Shown here in pieces: positions 12,038-22,959 of a stretch of 64,000 nucleotides of DNA. This DNA is from Rebecca billardiae RCC1528 (lineage: Eukaryota > Protista > Haptophyta): assembly GCA_965240325.2 (NCBI GenBank), contig OZ251223.1:1426001-1490000 (forward strand), read 5' to 3'. The notes beneath the pieces were generated by a model. It did no database searches, was not told the DNA's origin, and saw only the letters and a program-made list of their open reading frames with translations. Numbering within the stretch: position 1 is the stretch's first letter; each line of letters opens with the position of its first letter. The translations under genes and the position numbers were made by a program.

Positions 12038-12289
12038 GGTTGGACCAGACCGCCCAAACGGAGTCCGGGAAGGCCGGAAGGCATCCGGCCGCCCGGCCGG
12101 GGCGGCGGCAAACGTGTGGTCACGGCGCCCGCCACTCGACGGCACGGTGCCCACGGGCAAGCCTGGGCCTTGCTCACCAGGGTCCGGAGCCCGGGACCTT
12201 CCTCGGCACGCGCTGCGCACATGATTTACAGAACGGGCGGCTGGCGGGCGTCTCCGCGAATAGAGGCGACGGCGTTCGGATCGTAGGCG

Positions 12290-14185
12290 ATGTCCACTGC
12301 GCACACGATGTGGAGCGTCCGCTGTCTGCTCATCGTCCTCGCACTGCTGTGCCACGACGGCGCGCACGCCGCAGCGCCGGCACGGAGCAGGCTCGTCAGG
12401 CCCGCCCTCGCGCGGTCGCGCGTCCCGCGCGGCATCAGCCTCCACGGAGGCCACCACCATCACCACGACGACGATGATGACGCTCATCATGGCGCGGCCG
12501 ACGCGCTCGGACTGGGCGAGCTGCTGCGCCACGCGCGCGCGATGGTGAATCACCGGTGGTGGGCGCCAGCAGCCGGTTCGGCGAGGGGCAGGCGTCAGAA
12601 CACGTTCCTCGTGCACGCCGAGGACCGCGTCACTGTGATCGGTGCCGCGGTCAACGTGCTTCTCTCCGTGTGCAAGTTTGCAGCGGGCATCTATGGCCGC
12701 GGCGCGGCGATGATTGCGGACGCGGCGCACTCGACGAGCGACTTGGTCAGCGACGTGGTCACGCTGTGGGCCGTCCGGATGGGCCGTCTGCCCCCGGACG
12801 ATGACCACCCGTACGGTGCGCGCGCGCATGCCTGCGACCTGCCCGCGCGCGCCACCCCGGGGCCGCGCGCCTCACGTTCGGTCGCGCCCCGCTTGCCCTG
12901 CTCACGCGCCGTGGGGGCAGGTCACGGGCGGTTCGAGACGCTAGGCTCGCTCGTGATCGCGGTGATGCTTGCGGGCACCGCCTGGGCCATCGGCGCGCAC
13001 TCCATGTCGAGTGGGCTCATGATTGCCGCCGGGCACTCGGCGGCCATTGCGGCGGGGGCGGCGCCGAGCGCCGCGGCCGCAGGGCACGTGCACACCCACG
13101 CCGGCCCGGGAGGCATCTCGCTCGCCGCGGCGCTCCTCTCGCTACTCGCGAAGGAGTGGATGTACCGGCTCACCGCCGCGGTCGGCCGGCGGCAGAACTC
13201 CTCCGTGCTGATGGCGAACGCACTGCACCACCGCTCGGACGCGCTGTCGTCTGTCGTCGCACTCGTCGGCATTGGCGGCGCGATGCTCGGCGTGCCGCTG
13301 CTCGACCCGATCGCGGGGATGATCGTCGGCGCGATGCTCGGCGTCGCGAGCCTCAGCGTCGCGAGCGAGGCGCTCACCCAGCTCACCGACGCCGTCGACG
13401 AGTCCATGATCTCAAAGATCGGCGCGCTGACGACAAAGGCGGAGGGCGTGCTGGACTACAACGACCTGCGCGTGCGCTGGTCCGGCTCCAAACTGCTTGT
13501 GGACGTGTGCGTCGTGACCGAGCCGACCATCTCGGCGTCCGCGGCGAACGACGTGGCGGAGCGCGTCCGGCTGAACATCCTCACCGCGATGCCCGCCGTC
13601 TACGAGGTGCTCGTGCGCTCGACCCCCCGAGCCTCTGAGCAGGGGACGCCGACGCAGGGCGAGCACGCGACGCCGCCCGAGTGCCCGATCGCGGTGATCA
13701 ACAGGCGACCGCGCTCGGACGTGGAGGAGGACGTGATGTCCGCGGTGCAGGCGGGCTCCCATGGCGTGGAGGCGATCGAGCACCTCACCGTGCACTACCT
13801 CTCGTACGACGTCGCGGTCGAGGTCGCCATTAAGGTGCGCCGCGCGCTCGACCCGCGGACGGCGCGCCACGCTGCATGCCCGGCGCCGTCGCGCCCTCGG
13901 CTGTGTGCTCACCCCGTGCTGACCGGGTGCGCCCGTCGTCGCGCTCGGCGCGTGCGCGCACAGGTGGACCCGAAGCTGCTCGTGAGCGACGCGCGCGAGA
14001 TCGCCGCCAAGGCGCGCGACCGCATCCTCACCGGCGTGGACGACGTCGCGCACGCAGACATCCACCTCGACCTCCTGGGCGAGTCGCCCGAGTCCATGTT
14101 CGACGACGCGCTCGCGCGGCAGGAGGAGCCGCCGACGGAGGCGGCGATCGGGCTGCAGGGGCCGTTGCGAGAGCCGCAGCCGTGA
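12290..14185 (+). CDS. Cation diffusion facilitator metal transporter (MTP6/MMT1-like); introns 12816-12920 and 13835-13963
   Basis: ADAAHSTSD and LHHRSDA metal sites; removing the 105-nt intron restores HPYG|HGRFE; two C-terminal dimerisation domains; signal peptide and HHHHHDDDDDAHH tract. Confidence 0.92.
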   Translation: MSTAHTMWSVRCLLIVLALLCHDGAHAAAPARSRLVRPALARSRVPRGISLHGGHHHHHDDDDDAHHGAADALGLGELLRHARAMVNHRWWAPAAGSARGRRQNTFLVHAEDRVTVIGAAVNVLLSVCKFAAGIYGRGAAMIADAAHSTSDLVSDVVTLWAVRMGRLPPDDDHPYGARAHACDLPARATPGPRASRSVAPRLPCSRAVGAGHGRFETLGSLVIAVMLAGTAWAIGAHSMSSGLMIAAGHSAAIAAGAAPSAAAAGHVHTHAGPGGISLAAALLSLLAKEWMYRLTAAVGRRQNSSVLMANALHHRSDALSSVVALVGIGGAMLGVPLLDPIAGMIVGAMLGVASLSVASEALTQLTDAVDESMISKIGALTTKAEGVLDYNDLRVRWSGSKLLVDVCVVTEPTISASAANDVAERVRLNILTAMPAVYEVLVRSTPRASEQGTPTQGEHATPPECPIAVINRRPRSDVEEDVMSAVQAGSHGVEAIEHLTVHYLSYDVAVEVAIKVRRALDPRTARHAACPAPSRPRLCAHPVLTGCARRRARRVRAQVDPKLLVSDAREIAAKARDRILTGVDDVAHADIHLDLLGESPESMFDDALARQEEPPTEAAIGLQGPLREPQP

Positions 14186-14523
14186 GCGCACCTCGGCATG
14201 GCTCCTCGCACATCGCAGCGCCCTTCGGCCCGTGCGTGCCTCGAAGCCAACCGGTTTGCTGTGGCTCCAGGGCTCCTACGAGTACTACGACACTCTTTAA
14301 CTGTAGCTACGTCTGCTGACTGCTGCTGACGATAATGAACGACCGAACGCCGTTGACGTTGGATCGTGGAGCCAGTCCGTACGACGCGCCGTCATACTCT
14401 GTCCGTCGCCGTTACGGTGTCGTCACGTCGTATAGTTACTAGCTACAGTCTACACTCGTCGACGTAATGATATGATGTCGGGGTCAAAGCAGACGAAGGA
14501 TCCACACGCACTCATCGCAGGAG

Positions 14524-15942
14524 TCAGCAAGGGCCCTCGGGCGCGGCAGAACTCTCTGAAAGCTCCGAGTCGCTCGTCTTGCCACGGACACGCGCAGCGG
14601 CAGGGCTGCCAGCGGTCCCACCGCTACTGCTCGAGGCGGCCGCGCTCCGGCGTGCCGGGTCGAGTGCCTCCATGATCGCGTAGGGATCGACGTTCACGAT
14701 CGTCGCGCCGTGCACGAGATCCACGCCGCCCACGTCTGCCGTGCGGCTCTCGATGTCGCCGCGATCGAGGATGGCCGCGACGACCCGCTCGCTCGCACCC
14801 TCCTCCGCCGTGCCGCGCAGAGCAGCGCTCCCGCCGCGCATCGGCGGCAGTGTGAACGCCATCGAGAAGGAGCGGCAGTGCCGCCCGTCGATCAGCGCGC
14901 GCAGCGCGGCGTGCAGCGCCGGCGCGAGCGCGCTGAGCGGCGCTCCGGCGTCGCCGACGACGAGCAGCTCGCCTGCGGGCGCGCGCGGCGTGAGGCTCGC
15001 GAGCACGCTCGCTGCGCCCACGCGCGTCGCCAGCCCGAGCGCGCTGTGCGCTGCGACCAGATCGGTGTAATAGCGATCGGCGCGCGGCGCGCCGCGCGCG
15101 GCGGCGTACTGCGCACGCGCCGTGCGCAGCAGCCTCGCGCGGCCCGGCGCGGACGGGGACAGGTACATCTGCATGTGCGGGTGGATCTGCGAGGCCGAGC
15201 TCTTGCCCATCGCGTTCCACCACAGCACCGGGTGCCACTCGGCAGGCCCCGGCTGCTGCGCGCGCGCCGGCCGCTCCCCGCCAGACTCGATGTGCTCGCG
15301 CGTGCGCTCGTACCAGCGTGTGACGACGTCGAGGCCGTCGCGCAGCTCGTCGAGCGTCACGCCCAGCGGGTCGTGCCGCCGGAACACCAGCATGCCGTGC
15401 GCGCCGTCCGCCCTGAACGCGTTGGCCGCCGTGAGCGAGTGCGCGCCATGGAGCCGACCCCACGGCTCCGACGACGTCATCGTCTCCGGTGCGCAGAAGT
15501 CGCAGCTGCCGGCGCCCTCGGTCGCGCTGATCTCGGAGTACGCAGAGCCCGCGCTCGGCTTGGTAAACGCGATGGGCTTGTGCGCGCGCAGCGGGTTGTA
15601 GTGCGCGGTGCGCGCCTCGACGAGGTCCGTGATCACGATGGCGCGCTGCGCGGCCGCCGACCGGAGCGCGTCCTCGTCAGACTGGCCGTCCGAGCGGGTC
15701 CAGCGCGCCATCTTCGGTGCAAATGAGTCGGGAATCACCATGTCCGACCGACGGGCGGAGACGTCGAAGATCGAGCGCACCGCGTCGCGCTGCCCGCCCG
15801 GCAGGCCGTCGATGCGCTCGGGCAGCGTCGCGATGGTGCGACTGAGGCACGCGCCTCCTTTCGGCGCGGGCGACGAGGCGCTGGCCTGCAGCACGGTTGC
15901 AAAGAAAGCCGAGCGCGCGATACGCCAGCGGGCGAGCGCCAT
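14524..15942 (-). CDS. GalT-like HIT-superfamily nucleotidyltransferase/phosphorylase; start uncertain
   Basis: YNPLR, CDFC Zn motif, AHGMLVF, WN..KSSASQIHPHMQ (HxHxQ catalytic motif of the GalT branch). Confidence 0.75.
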   Translation of the reverse strand: MALARWRIARSAFFATVLQASASSPAPKGGACLSRTIATLPERIDGLPGGQRDAVRSIFDVSARRSDMVIPDSFAPKMARWTRSDGQSDEDALRSAAAQRAIVITDLVEARTAHYNPLRAHKPIAFTKPSAGSAYSEISATEGAGSCDFCAPETMTSSEPWGRLHGAHSLTAANAFRADGAHGMLVFRRHDPLGVTLDELRDGLDVVTRWYERTREHIESGGERPARAQQPGPAEWHPVLWWNAMGKSSASQIHPHMQMYLSPSAPGRARLLRTARAQYAAARGAPRADRYYTDLVAAHSALGLATRVGAASVLASLTPRAPAGELLVVGDAGAPLSALAPALHAALRALIDGRHCRSFSMAFTLPPMRGGSAALRGTAEEGASERVVAAILDRGDIESRTADVGGVDLVHGATIVNVDPYAIMEALDPARRSAAASSSSGGTAGSPAAARVRGKTSDSELSESSAAPEGPC

Positions 15943-16177
15943 CGTCAGCCCGCCCGCCGCGAACACCGCCGTCACGACTGTCGCCAACGACAGCCTCGTG
16001 GTGGCGGTCGCACGATGGCGGACGAGCCGATCTCGTCTGACAGTCCAGCGAAGAGCAGCGCAGCCACCACCCTTGCGCAGCCGGTCGAACAAGGGAGCGG
16101 AGCTTCCGGACGAAGGCGCGAGCGCTGGCCCTGCGCCCACACGTTGTGCCGACGCGTGCGGCCACTAGCGGGTCGGC

Positions 16178-18656
16178 ATGAGCGCCGTGCGCAGGGCGAG
16201 TACCGACGCGTCGAAGAAGACATGGACGGACACGGACTCGGACGATGACGCCTTGTCTGCCGCGCGCGATCCGGTGGGCCTGCACCTGATGGCCGTGATC
16301 CCAGAGTCGCAGCTGCTGGGGCCACCCGCCGCCGCGGACCCGTCGGCAGCGACGGTTGCGCTCTCGCAGAGCTCGCTCACGACGGTGGTCGTGTTCGGCG
16401 CGGATGGCAACCTCGCCCGGCGCAAGACCTTCCCCGCGCTCTTCAACCTCATGTACAAGCAGCTCCTCGACGACGACGCGGTGATCATCGGGTACGCGCG
16501 TGCGCCGATGGACACGGAGGACTTCCGCGCGATGGTGAAGAAGTCGATCTACTCGCCCACCGTGGCGAACCAGCCGCGCAACACGTTCCTCGCGCAAGTG
16601 ACGTACGAGAGCGGCCAGTTCGACAGCGAGGACGACTACCGCCGGCTGCGCGCGGCGATCGAGGCGCGCGAGGAGGCGCAGGTGCGGCTGTGGCACCTGT
16701 CCGCGCACGGCGGCACGGTCGCGGTGCGGCCGCCGCGGCGCGTGCGGCTGTACTACCTCGCGGTGCCGTCGTTCCTGTACTTCGACATCTGCCGCGGCCT
16801 CAAGCTCTCCGCCATCGCCGCCGACCAGGCCGTCGACCGCTTCGTGCTCGAGAAGCCGTTCGGGCGCGACACGGAGACGTGCGACGCGCTGCTCGCGCAG
16901 CTCTCGGCCGTGCTCACGGAGGACGTGAGCTACCGGATCGACCACTACCTGGGGAAGGAGCTGATCATGAGCCTACTCGTGCTGCGCTTCGCCAACATCT
17001 GCTTCGAGGCCATCTGGAACCGGCAGAACGTCGCCTCGGTCCAGGTGATCTTCAAGGTGCGCGCGCGCGCGCGGCTCGGCCCGGCGCGCGCGCCGGAGCG
17101 GCCTCCGACCGGCCCCGACCGTGCGCGCTGTTGGCTCCGCTGAGCGCGCGCGCCGCTCTCCGCGCCGCGCCGACGCGCCCCCGCCGCCTCGCCCGCGCGC
17201 CCCGCGCACGCCGCCTCCCCGCCCGCCCCGCCCGCCCCTGCCCCTCGCCCGCGCGCGCGGCCGGCCGCAGGAGCGGGTCGGGCTGGACGGGCGAGGCGGG
17301 TACTTTGACCAGTATGGCGTGATCCGAGACGTGATGCAGAACCACCTGACGCAGATCCTGGCGCTGGTGGCGATGGAGCAGCCGCTCTCGATGGACGCGA
17401 AGCACATCCTGCAGGAGAAGATCAAGGTGCTCAAGTGCGTCCGCCCCATCGCGCGCCGCGACCTCGTCGTCGGCCAGTATGCCGGGTACTTGGATGAAGA
17501 CTCCATCACCAACAAGCAGTCCACCACCGAGACGTTCGCCGCCGCGGTCGTCAAGATACACAACCCGCGCTGGGCGGGCGTGCCCTTCGTGCTCAAGGCG
17601 GGGAAGGCGCTGAACGAGTCGCGCGCGGAGGTGCGCGCCCGTTGGCGCGCGAGCGCGAGGCTGCGTGGGTGTGCAGGCACACCATCGGCTCGTGTGATCA
17701 ATCGCACCCCGGCCTGCCTCGTGCCCTCACGCGTGCGCGCGCGCGCGCGCGCAGGTGCGAATACGGTTCCAATCGCCGCCGGGCGTCGTCTCCGAGTTCA
17801 AGGGCTGCCCCGAGAACGAGCTGATCATCCGCGTGCAGCCCAACGAGGGCATCTACTGGAAGATCCAGAACAAGGTGCCCGGACTCGACTTCGAGGTGGC
17901 GCCCATGCGGATGGACCTCACCTACCAGCAGGTAGGTCTGCACGCACACACCCAACGCGCGCACCCAACGCGCTCGAGCGCGCTCGCGCGAGCGCGTCAC
18001 GCGTGCGGCCGATGCGCGTCGGCCACGGGTGGCGGCCTCAGCGCGCGGCGCGCGGCCCCGTGCGTGCGCGTGCGCAGACGCACCGGAACAAGCGGCCCGA
18101 GATGCCCGAGGCGTACGAGCGGCTCATCCTGAACGTGCTGCGCGGCGACAAGTCGCACTTTGTGCACGCGGACGAGCTCCGTCTCTCGTGGCAGATCTTC
18201 TCGCCGGTGCTGCACGAGCTCGAGCGGTCGGGCGAGCGCCCGCACGCGTACACGCGCGGCACGCGCGGGCCCGTCGCGGCGGACGAGCTCGCCCAGCGCT
18301 ACGGCATGCGCAAGTTCGGCTCGCAGCGCTACGACTCGTCGGCGGCGACCGCGGCGGCGCTCAACGCCGTCTCGCTGGCCAACCAGCGTAACTCTTCCTC
18401 GGGGAGCGCGATCGGCGGGCGCGCGCGCGCGGCAGGACCGGCGCTGAACGGCGAGAGCGATGCGCGGGGCTCGGGCAGGAGAGGCTCGGAGCCGTCGCTG
18501 GATGCCACCAGCCCCGACGGGCCCAGCAGGCGCCTGCGAAATCCTTTCGACAGCAGCGACCCGTACGGCCGACTGTCGCCCGGGCCGCAGCCGCACCCGG
18601 ACGGACCGATCGTGCCTGTGGTGATCGACCACCAGAGCAGTAACATCGACCCTTGA
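16178..18656 (+). CDS. G6PD: Glucose-6-phosphate 1-dehydrogenase; introns 17057-17270, 17631-17754, 17932-18077
   Basis: VVFGADGNLA, LEKPFG, YRIDHYLGKE, GYFDQYGVIRDVMQNHL, PEAYERLI; the GT-AG introns restore the frame. Confidence 0.96.
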
Positions 18657-19189
18657 CGTCGGTCCGACGGTCCTTGAGGCTAAGGCTTGCTTGCGCTGGG
18701 CGGAGCAGCGTCGGCGCGCCTGGCTTGCCGCGTGATATGTGCTCGACGACGGTGCTAGGCGGCTAGCTGACGACATGATGCACTGCTGACAGCATTGCGC
18801 CGCGCAGTCTTAGTATACTACGTCTACCGTGGGCGGCTGTGGTCACGGCCACGGTCACGGCCACGGGTCAGGGTGACGGCCGGGCTCACTGTGAATTACG
18901 GACACGGGCTGCACTCACTCTGCGAGTCTGCGGCTCACTCCGCTCACTCAGCGGCCCTGAGTGACTGACTCTGAGACTGAGTGTGAGTCACTACTCACTC
19001 AGCCGGCCGCGGGTCGGTGAACTTACTGACGACAATGCTGTAGTTCTATTCTGACGATGATGACTCGGACTTCTCATCGTCACTCGTCGTCAGCGGGCCG
19101 ACTACACTCGTCGTCACAGTAGTCAGCAGGCGACGAAGTTTGTCGTCGTCCTCCTCGTCTTTCACGTCACGTCGAGGTCGTCGTCGTCG

Positions 19190-20617
19190 TCAATCATCAT
19201 CAGCGTCGTCGTCATCGTCGTCAGCGCCGTCATCGTCTTCGCCCTCGTCATCACGATCGTCGTCGTCCTCGTCCTCCGCCCCACGTTCCTCATCTTCCTC
19301 GTCGTCTTCGTCCGGCTCCTCGTCGGGCTCCGCCCTGCCGACCGAGGCTGGCTCGTCGACATCGTCCTCGTCGCCGCCCTCCGCGCTCGCTGGCTGCAGC
19401 CGAGCGCTGCCCATCGTCTCAGACATCTCCAGGCCCTCCTCCTCCGCGTCGTGTGGCGGCGCGCCTTCGGCCTGCGCGCCGCCCCAGCCGCGTGCGGACT
19501 CGAATGGCGACATGTCGACGTTGTCGAGGTCGAGGTCACCCCCACCGAACCCGGCCTCGCCCAGGTCCTGCAGCTCCTCGCCCGGCAGCGTGGTCTGCAG
19601 GTAGTGGTCCACCAGTGGTGGGCGCGCGCCGCCGTACTCGGCGGCCGCCTCGACCTCGGCGGCGATGGCCTCGTCCGGCTCCCAGAACTGCTCGAGCTCG
19701 CCGCCCGCGCCGCCGAGGAAGTGCGGCACCTGCTCGGCCGGGATCCCCCGCGCCGCGAGGTGCTCCAAGAAGTCGCGGCCGAGCACGTGCACCTTGGCCG
19801 CCGTGAGCGGGTGCATCCAGCGCCGAGCAATCTTCCAGCCGGCGGCGAAGAGCGCGGGCGCGTTCACAATGTACAGCGCGTGCAGCGTCTCGGGGAAGAC
19901 GGCCTCGTGGAAGTGGATGGCGCGCCGCGCGACGCGCTGCAGCCTGCGCGAGAAGTGAGCGGGCGAGAGCCCCGCCAGGTCGACGATCGCCACGTGCTTG
20001 TACACGCGCTTGCCCGTGCGCGCGACGCGCCTCAGCTTGAGCGTGCGCAGCGCCTCCTGCGTGAACACGAGGTTGAGGAAGAGCTCGACCTCGCCCTCGT
20101 CGCCGTCGAAGGCGGCGAAGAGCTGGCGCGGGTCGATCGCGCCGAAGCGCTCGAAGTACAGCGGGTGGCCCTCGCCGTCCTCGCCGTGCACGCCGCACGG
20201 GTACAGCGAGCAGAACTGGCCGCGCCTCGGCGCGCCCGTCGCGAGGATGGCGTCCGCGCCGACCGCCTCGCGCTTGAGGAGCATCGTCTCGAGCGCGTCG
20301 GCGGCGGCCTCCTCCCAGTCCGCGCCCGCGTGCGCGTACCCACGGATGGCCGTCAGCAGCAGGTCGTCGTCCAGCCCCGGCCGATCTCTGAACCGTCGCC
20401 GCAGCGCGGCCACGAGCCTGAGCTCATCTGAACTGAGCGGCGCCCATTCCACGGCGGGCGCAAAGTCGGGCTGGTCGCCGCGCTGGCGGGCACCGCCACC
20501 ACGAAGCGCGCTCAGGTGTGCACGAGAGAGCTCGCGCTTGCTCTCCGCGCGCAGTGCGCCCACGCCGGGAGCCCCGACGAGGAGCGCGACGAGGATGACG
20601 CCGGCGACCGCAGCCAT
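19190..20617 (-). CDS. Sec14/CRAL-TRIO lipid-binding protein with signal peptide and acidic C-terminal tail
   Basis: GEDGEGHPLYFERFG, VAIVDLAGL, FPETLHALYIVNAP..F...WKI...MHPLT..KV, VPHFLGG; D/E-rich tail. Confidence 0.9.
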   Translation of the reverse strand: MAAVAGVILVALLVGAPGVGALRAESKRELSRAHLSALRGGGARQRGDQPDFAPAVEWAPLSSDELRLVAALRRRFRDRPGLDDDLLLTAIRGYAHAGADWEEAAADALETMLLKREAVGADAILATGAPRRGQFCSLYPCGVHGEDGEGHPLYFERFGAIDPRQLFAAFDGDEGEVELFLNLVFTQEALRTLKLRRVARTGKRVYKHVAIVDLAGLSPAHFSRRLQRVARRAIHFHEAVFPETLHALYIVNAPALFAAGWKIARRWMHPLTAAKVHVLGRDFLEHLAARGIPAEQVPHFLGGAGGELEQFWEPDEAIAAEVEAAAEYGGARPPLVDHYLQTTLPGEELQDLGEAGFGGGDLDLDNVDMSPFESARGWGGAQAEGAPPHDAEEEGLEMSETMGSARLQPASAEGGDEDDVDEPASVGRAEPDEEPDEDDEEDEERGAEDEDDDDRDDEGEDDDGADDDDDDADDD

Positions 20618-20653
20618 CGCCACGTCATCAGTGGCTCTGGTGGTAGCTTAGTA

Positions 20654-21435
20654 CAGGGTCTCCAACATTAAACTGGACACTTTGGGCAGCAGCTCAGCGT
20701 ACGGCCTGTGGCTGCCTCGCGCGGGGTCAGGAGCGGCCAGCTCGGCTCGTGTGCACCCCACTAGGTCTGTCTGCGACCGCGCATAGCCGGGCAGCCCGCG
20801 TGGAGCACCCCTCTGGGTCATGCGGACAGTCGGCACAAGGCTGGTCGTGAGGGCCGTGAAGCAGCCGTGTGGCTTCTGCGCATGTCTGTAGCCAGCAAGC
20901 CCGCTCAAGGCCGCGCAGATATTATTACGTGGCATGGTCGATGACTATGCGGCATGCGCTCGACAGCCCTGGGCAAGCCCGGACGTAGCGCTACACCAGG
21001 AGTATATACGGCTCGATCGGACCAGCCTACCAGTTGCGCACCTCGCTTGCACAGCTGCTGCACAGCCCATCGATCGGCTCTGGCCGTGCAGGCAAGGGCT
21101 ACAGTCGGCGCCACTACCCGCAGCGAACGCTGGAGACCCACCAGTGCGCGCACCAACCCGCCCGCCGCCAAATGCAACCGTGCGCCAGATACGAATTTTA
21201 GCAGGCATGCCACCCGCGGGGGCTCCGTGGACCTGTTCAGAGCCAACCGCTAGTCGGTTGAGCTGTACATCCAAGCCAGCCCTGGCCACACGCTGAGCGC
21301 GCCGCTCGCTGCACCCACACCCTGTCGTCATCCGAGGAGTAAGGTCCATGGCGCTCATGCGAGCCTCTGGCCCATCTCATCGTTAGCAGCCGTAGTCAGC
21401 AAAAATCAGTGTCCGAACAATTGTTGGGGACCCTG
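20654..21435. mobile_element. 782-bp TIR-bounded non-autonomous element, copy 1
   Basis: CAGGGTCTCCAACA ... TGTTGGGGACCCTG (14-bp TIR, 1 mismatch); apparently identical to 22960-23741. Confidence 0.85.
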
Positions 21436-21519
21436 TGTGCACACTCGCCTGCCGCATGTTGAGTGACTGTCAGCCAGGGAGCTGAAGACGACGGCTTCTC
21501 AGAGGCCGCGCGAGCTCGA

Positions 21520-22522
21520 CGGCGGCGCGCGCGGGCACGGTGGGCTGGCGCGGCCCCGGCGCGCGCCCATCCGGCCGCACGCCGCCGCGCCAGCCGCTCC
21601 TGCACGCGGGCTGACCGAGGCGCCAGCCTCACCCAACCGCCGCTGCTTGCCGTGGAGCTGGTCGGGAGATGATGGGGTGGGTCGGCTGCTCCCAGAAGCT
21701 CTCCACGCGCGCCGCGCGCGCTGCATACGGGTGCGGCGGGTCGGCGCGGCCCCGCCGCGCGCCCATCCGGCCGCGCGCCGCCGCGCCAGCCGCTCCTGCA
21801 CGCGGGCTGACTCAGGCGTCAGCCTCACCCAACCGTGAGCCGCCAGCTGCTTGCCGTGGAGCTGGTCGGGAGAGGATGGGGTGGGTCGGCTGCTCCCAGA
21901 AGCTCCCCACGCGCGCCGCGCGCGCTGCATGCGGGTGCGGCGGGTCGGCGCGGCCCCGCCGCGCGCCCATCCGGCCGCGCGCCGCCGCGCCAGCCGCTCC
22001 TGCACGCGGGCTGACTCAGGCGTCAGCCTCACCCAACCGTGAGCCGCCAGCTGCTTGCCGTGGAGCTGGTCGGGAGAGGATGGGGTGGGTCGGCTGCTCC
22101 CAGAAGCTCCCCACGCGCGCCGCGCGCGCTGCATGCGGGTGCGGCGGGTCGGCGCGGCCCCGCCGCGCGCTCATCCGGCCGCGCGCCGCCGCGCCAGCCG
22201 CTCCTGCACGCGGGCTGACTCAGGCGTCAGCCTCACCCAACCGTGAGCCGCCAGCTGCTTGCCGTGGAGCTGGTCGNNNNNNNNNNNNNNNNNNNNNNNN
22301 NNNNNNNNNNNNNNNNNNNNNNNNNNNNNNNNNNNNNNNNNNNNNNNNNNNNNNNNNNNNNNNNNNNNNNNNNNNNGTCGGGAGATGATGGGGTGGGTCG
22401 GCTGCTCCCAGAAGCTCTCCACGCGCGCCGCGCGCGCTGCATACGGGTGCGGCGGGTCGGCGCGGCCCCGCCGCGCGCCCATCCGGCCGCGCGCCGCCGC
22501 GCCAGCCGCTCCTGCACGCGGG
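21520..22522. repeat. 204-bp GC-rich tandem array interrupted by a 100-N gap
   Basis: Units start at 21661, 21865, 22069 and 22273; the array resumes at 22377; degenerate partial unit upstream. Confidence 0.95.
22277..22376. other. Assembly gap (100 N)
   Basis: Run of N. Confidence 1.
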
Positions 22523-22959
22523 CATGGCTGCCGAAGATCCGCACGGAATCGGCCGGGCATCAGACAGCAGTACCCGAATAACGGTTCGAATCGCTCAGTA
22601 ACGTCGAAAGCAATGCCTGCCGGCCGCGGCGCGCCGGCGCGCAGGTCAGCACGGCGGGCACGCGCTGGTACGGACCACTGTGGTGCTCCTGCGAGCAGCT
22701 GCTGACGCGTTGGCGCGATGAGACCAGCGTCCTCGCAAACACGTGACCAGGTGGCCCAGTGCCACTGCCCTGCCTCCACACGCTAGTCGAGGGAGTGACG
22801 CGTGCCGAATGTGTCTCGCCGGATGACCACCAAGGCTGCTGTCAATAAATATGAGGTGGGTCTCGTCGACAACCCGAACTGCTGGGTGTCTATTTGAAAT
22901 ATACTCCGCAGATTCTGCCAGTGGCAGCTACGGAGCTACGCTCGTCGCCGAGATACCTT

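Noticed and set aside
21520-22522. CRISPR-like array (also considered for 38966-39450 and the Sel1 repeats)
   Set aside because: Units are contiguous with no unique spacers, no cas genes are present, and the context is eukaryotic
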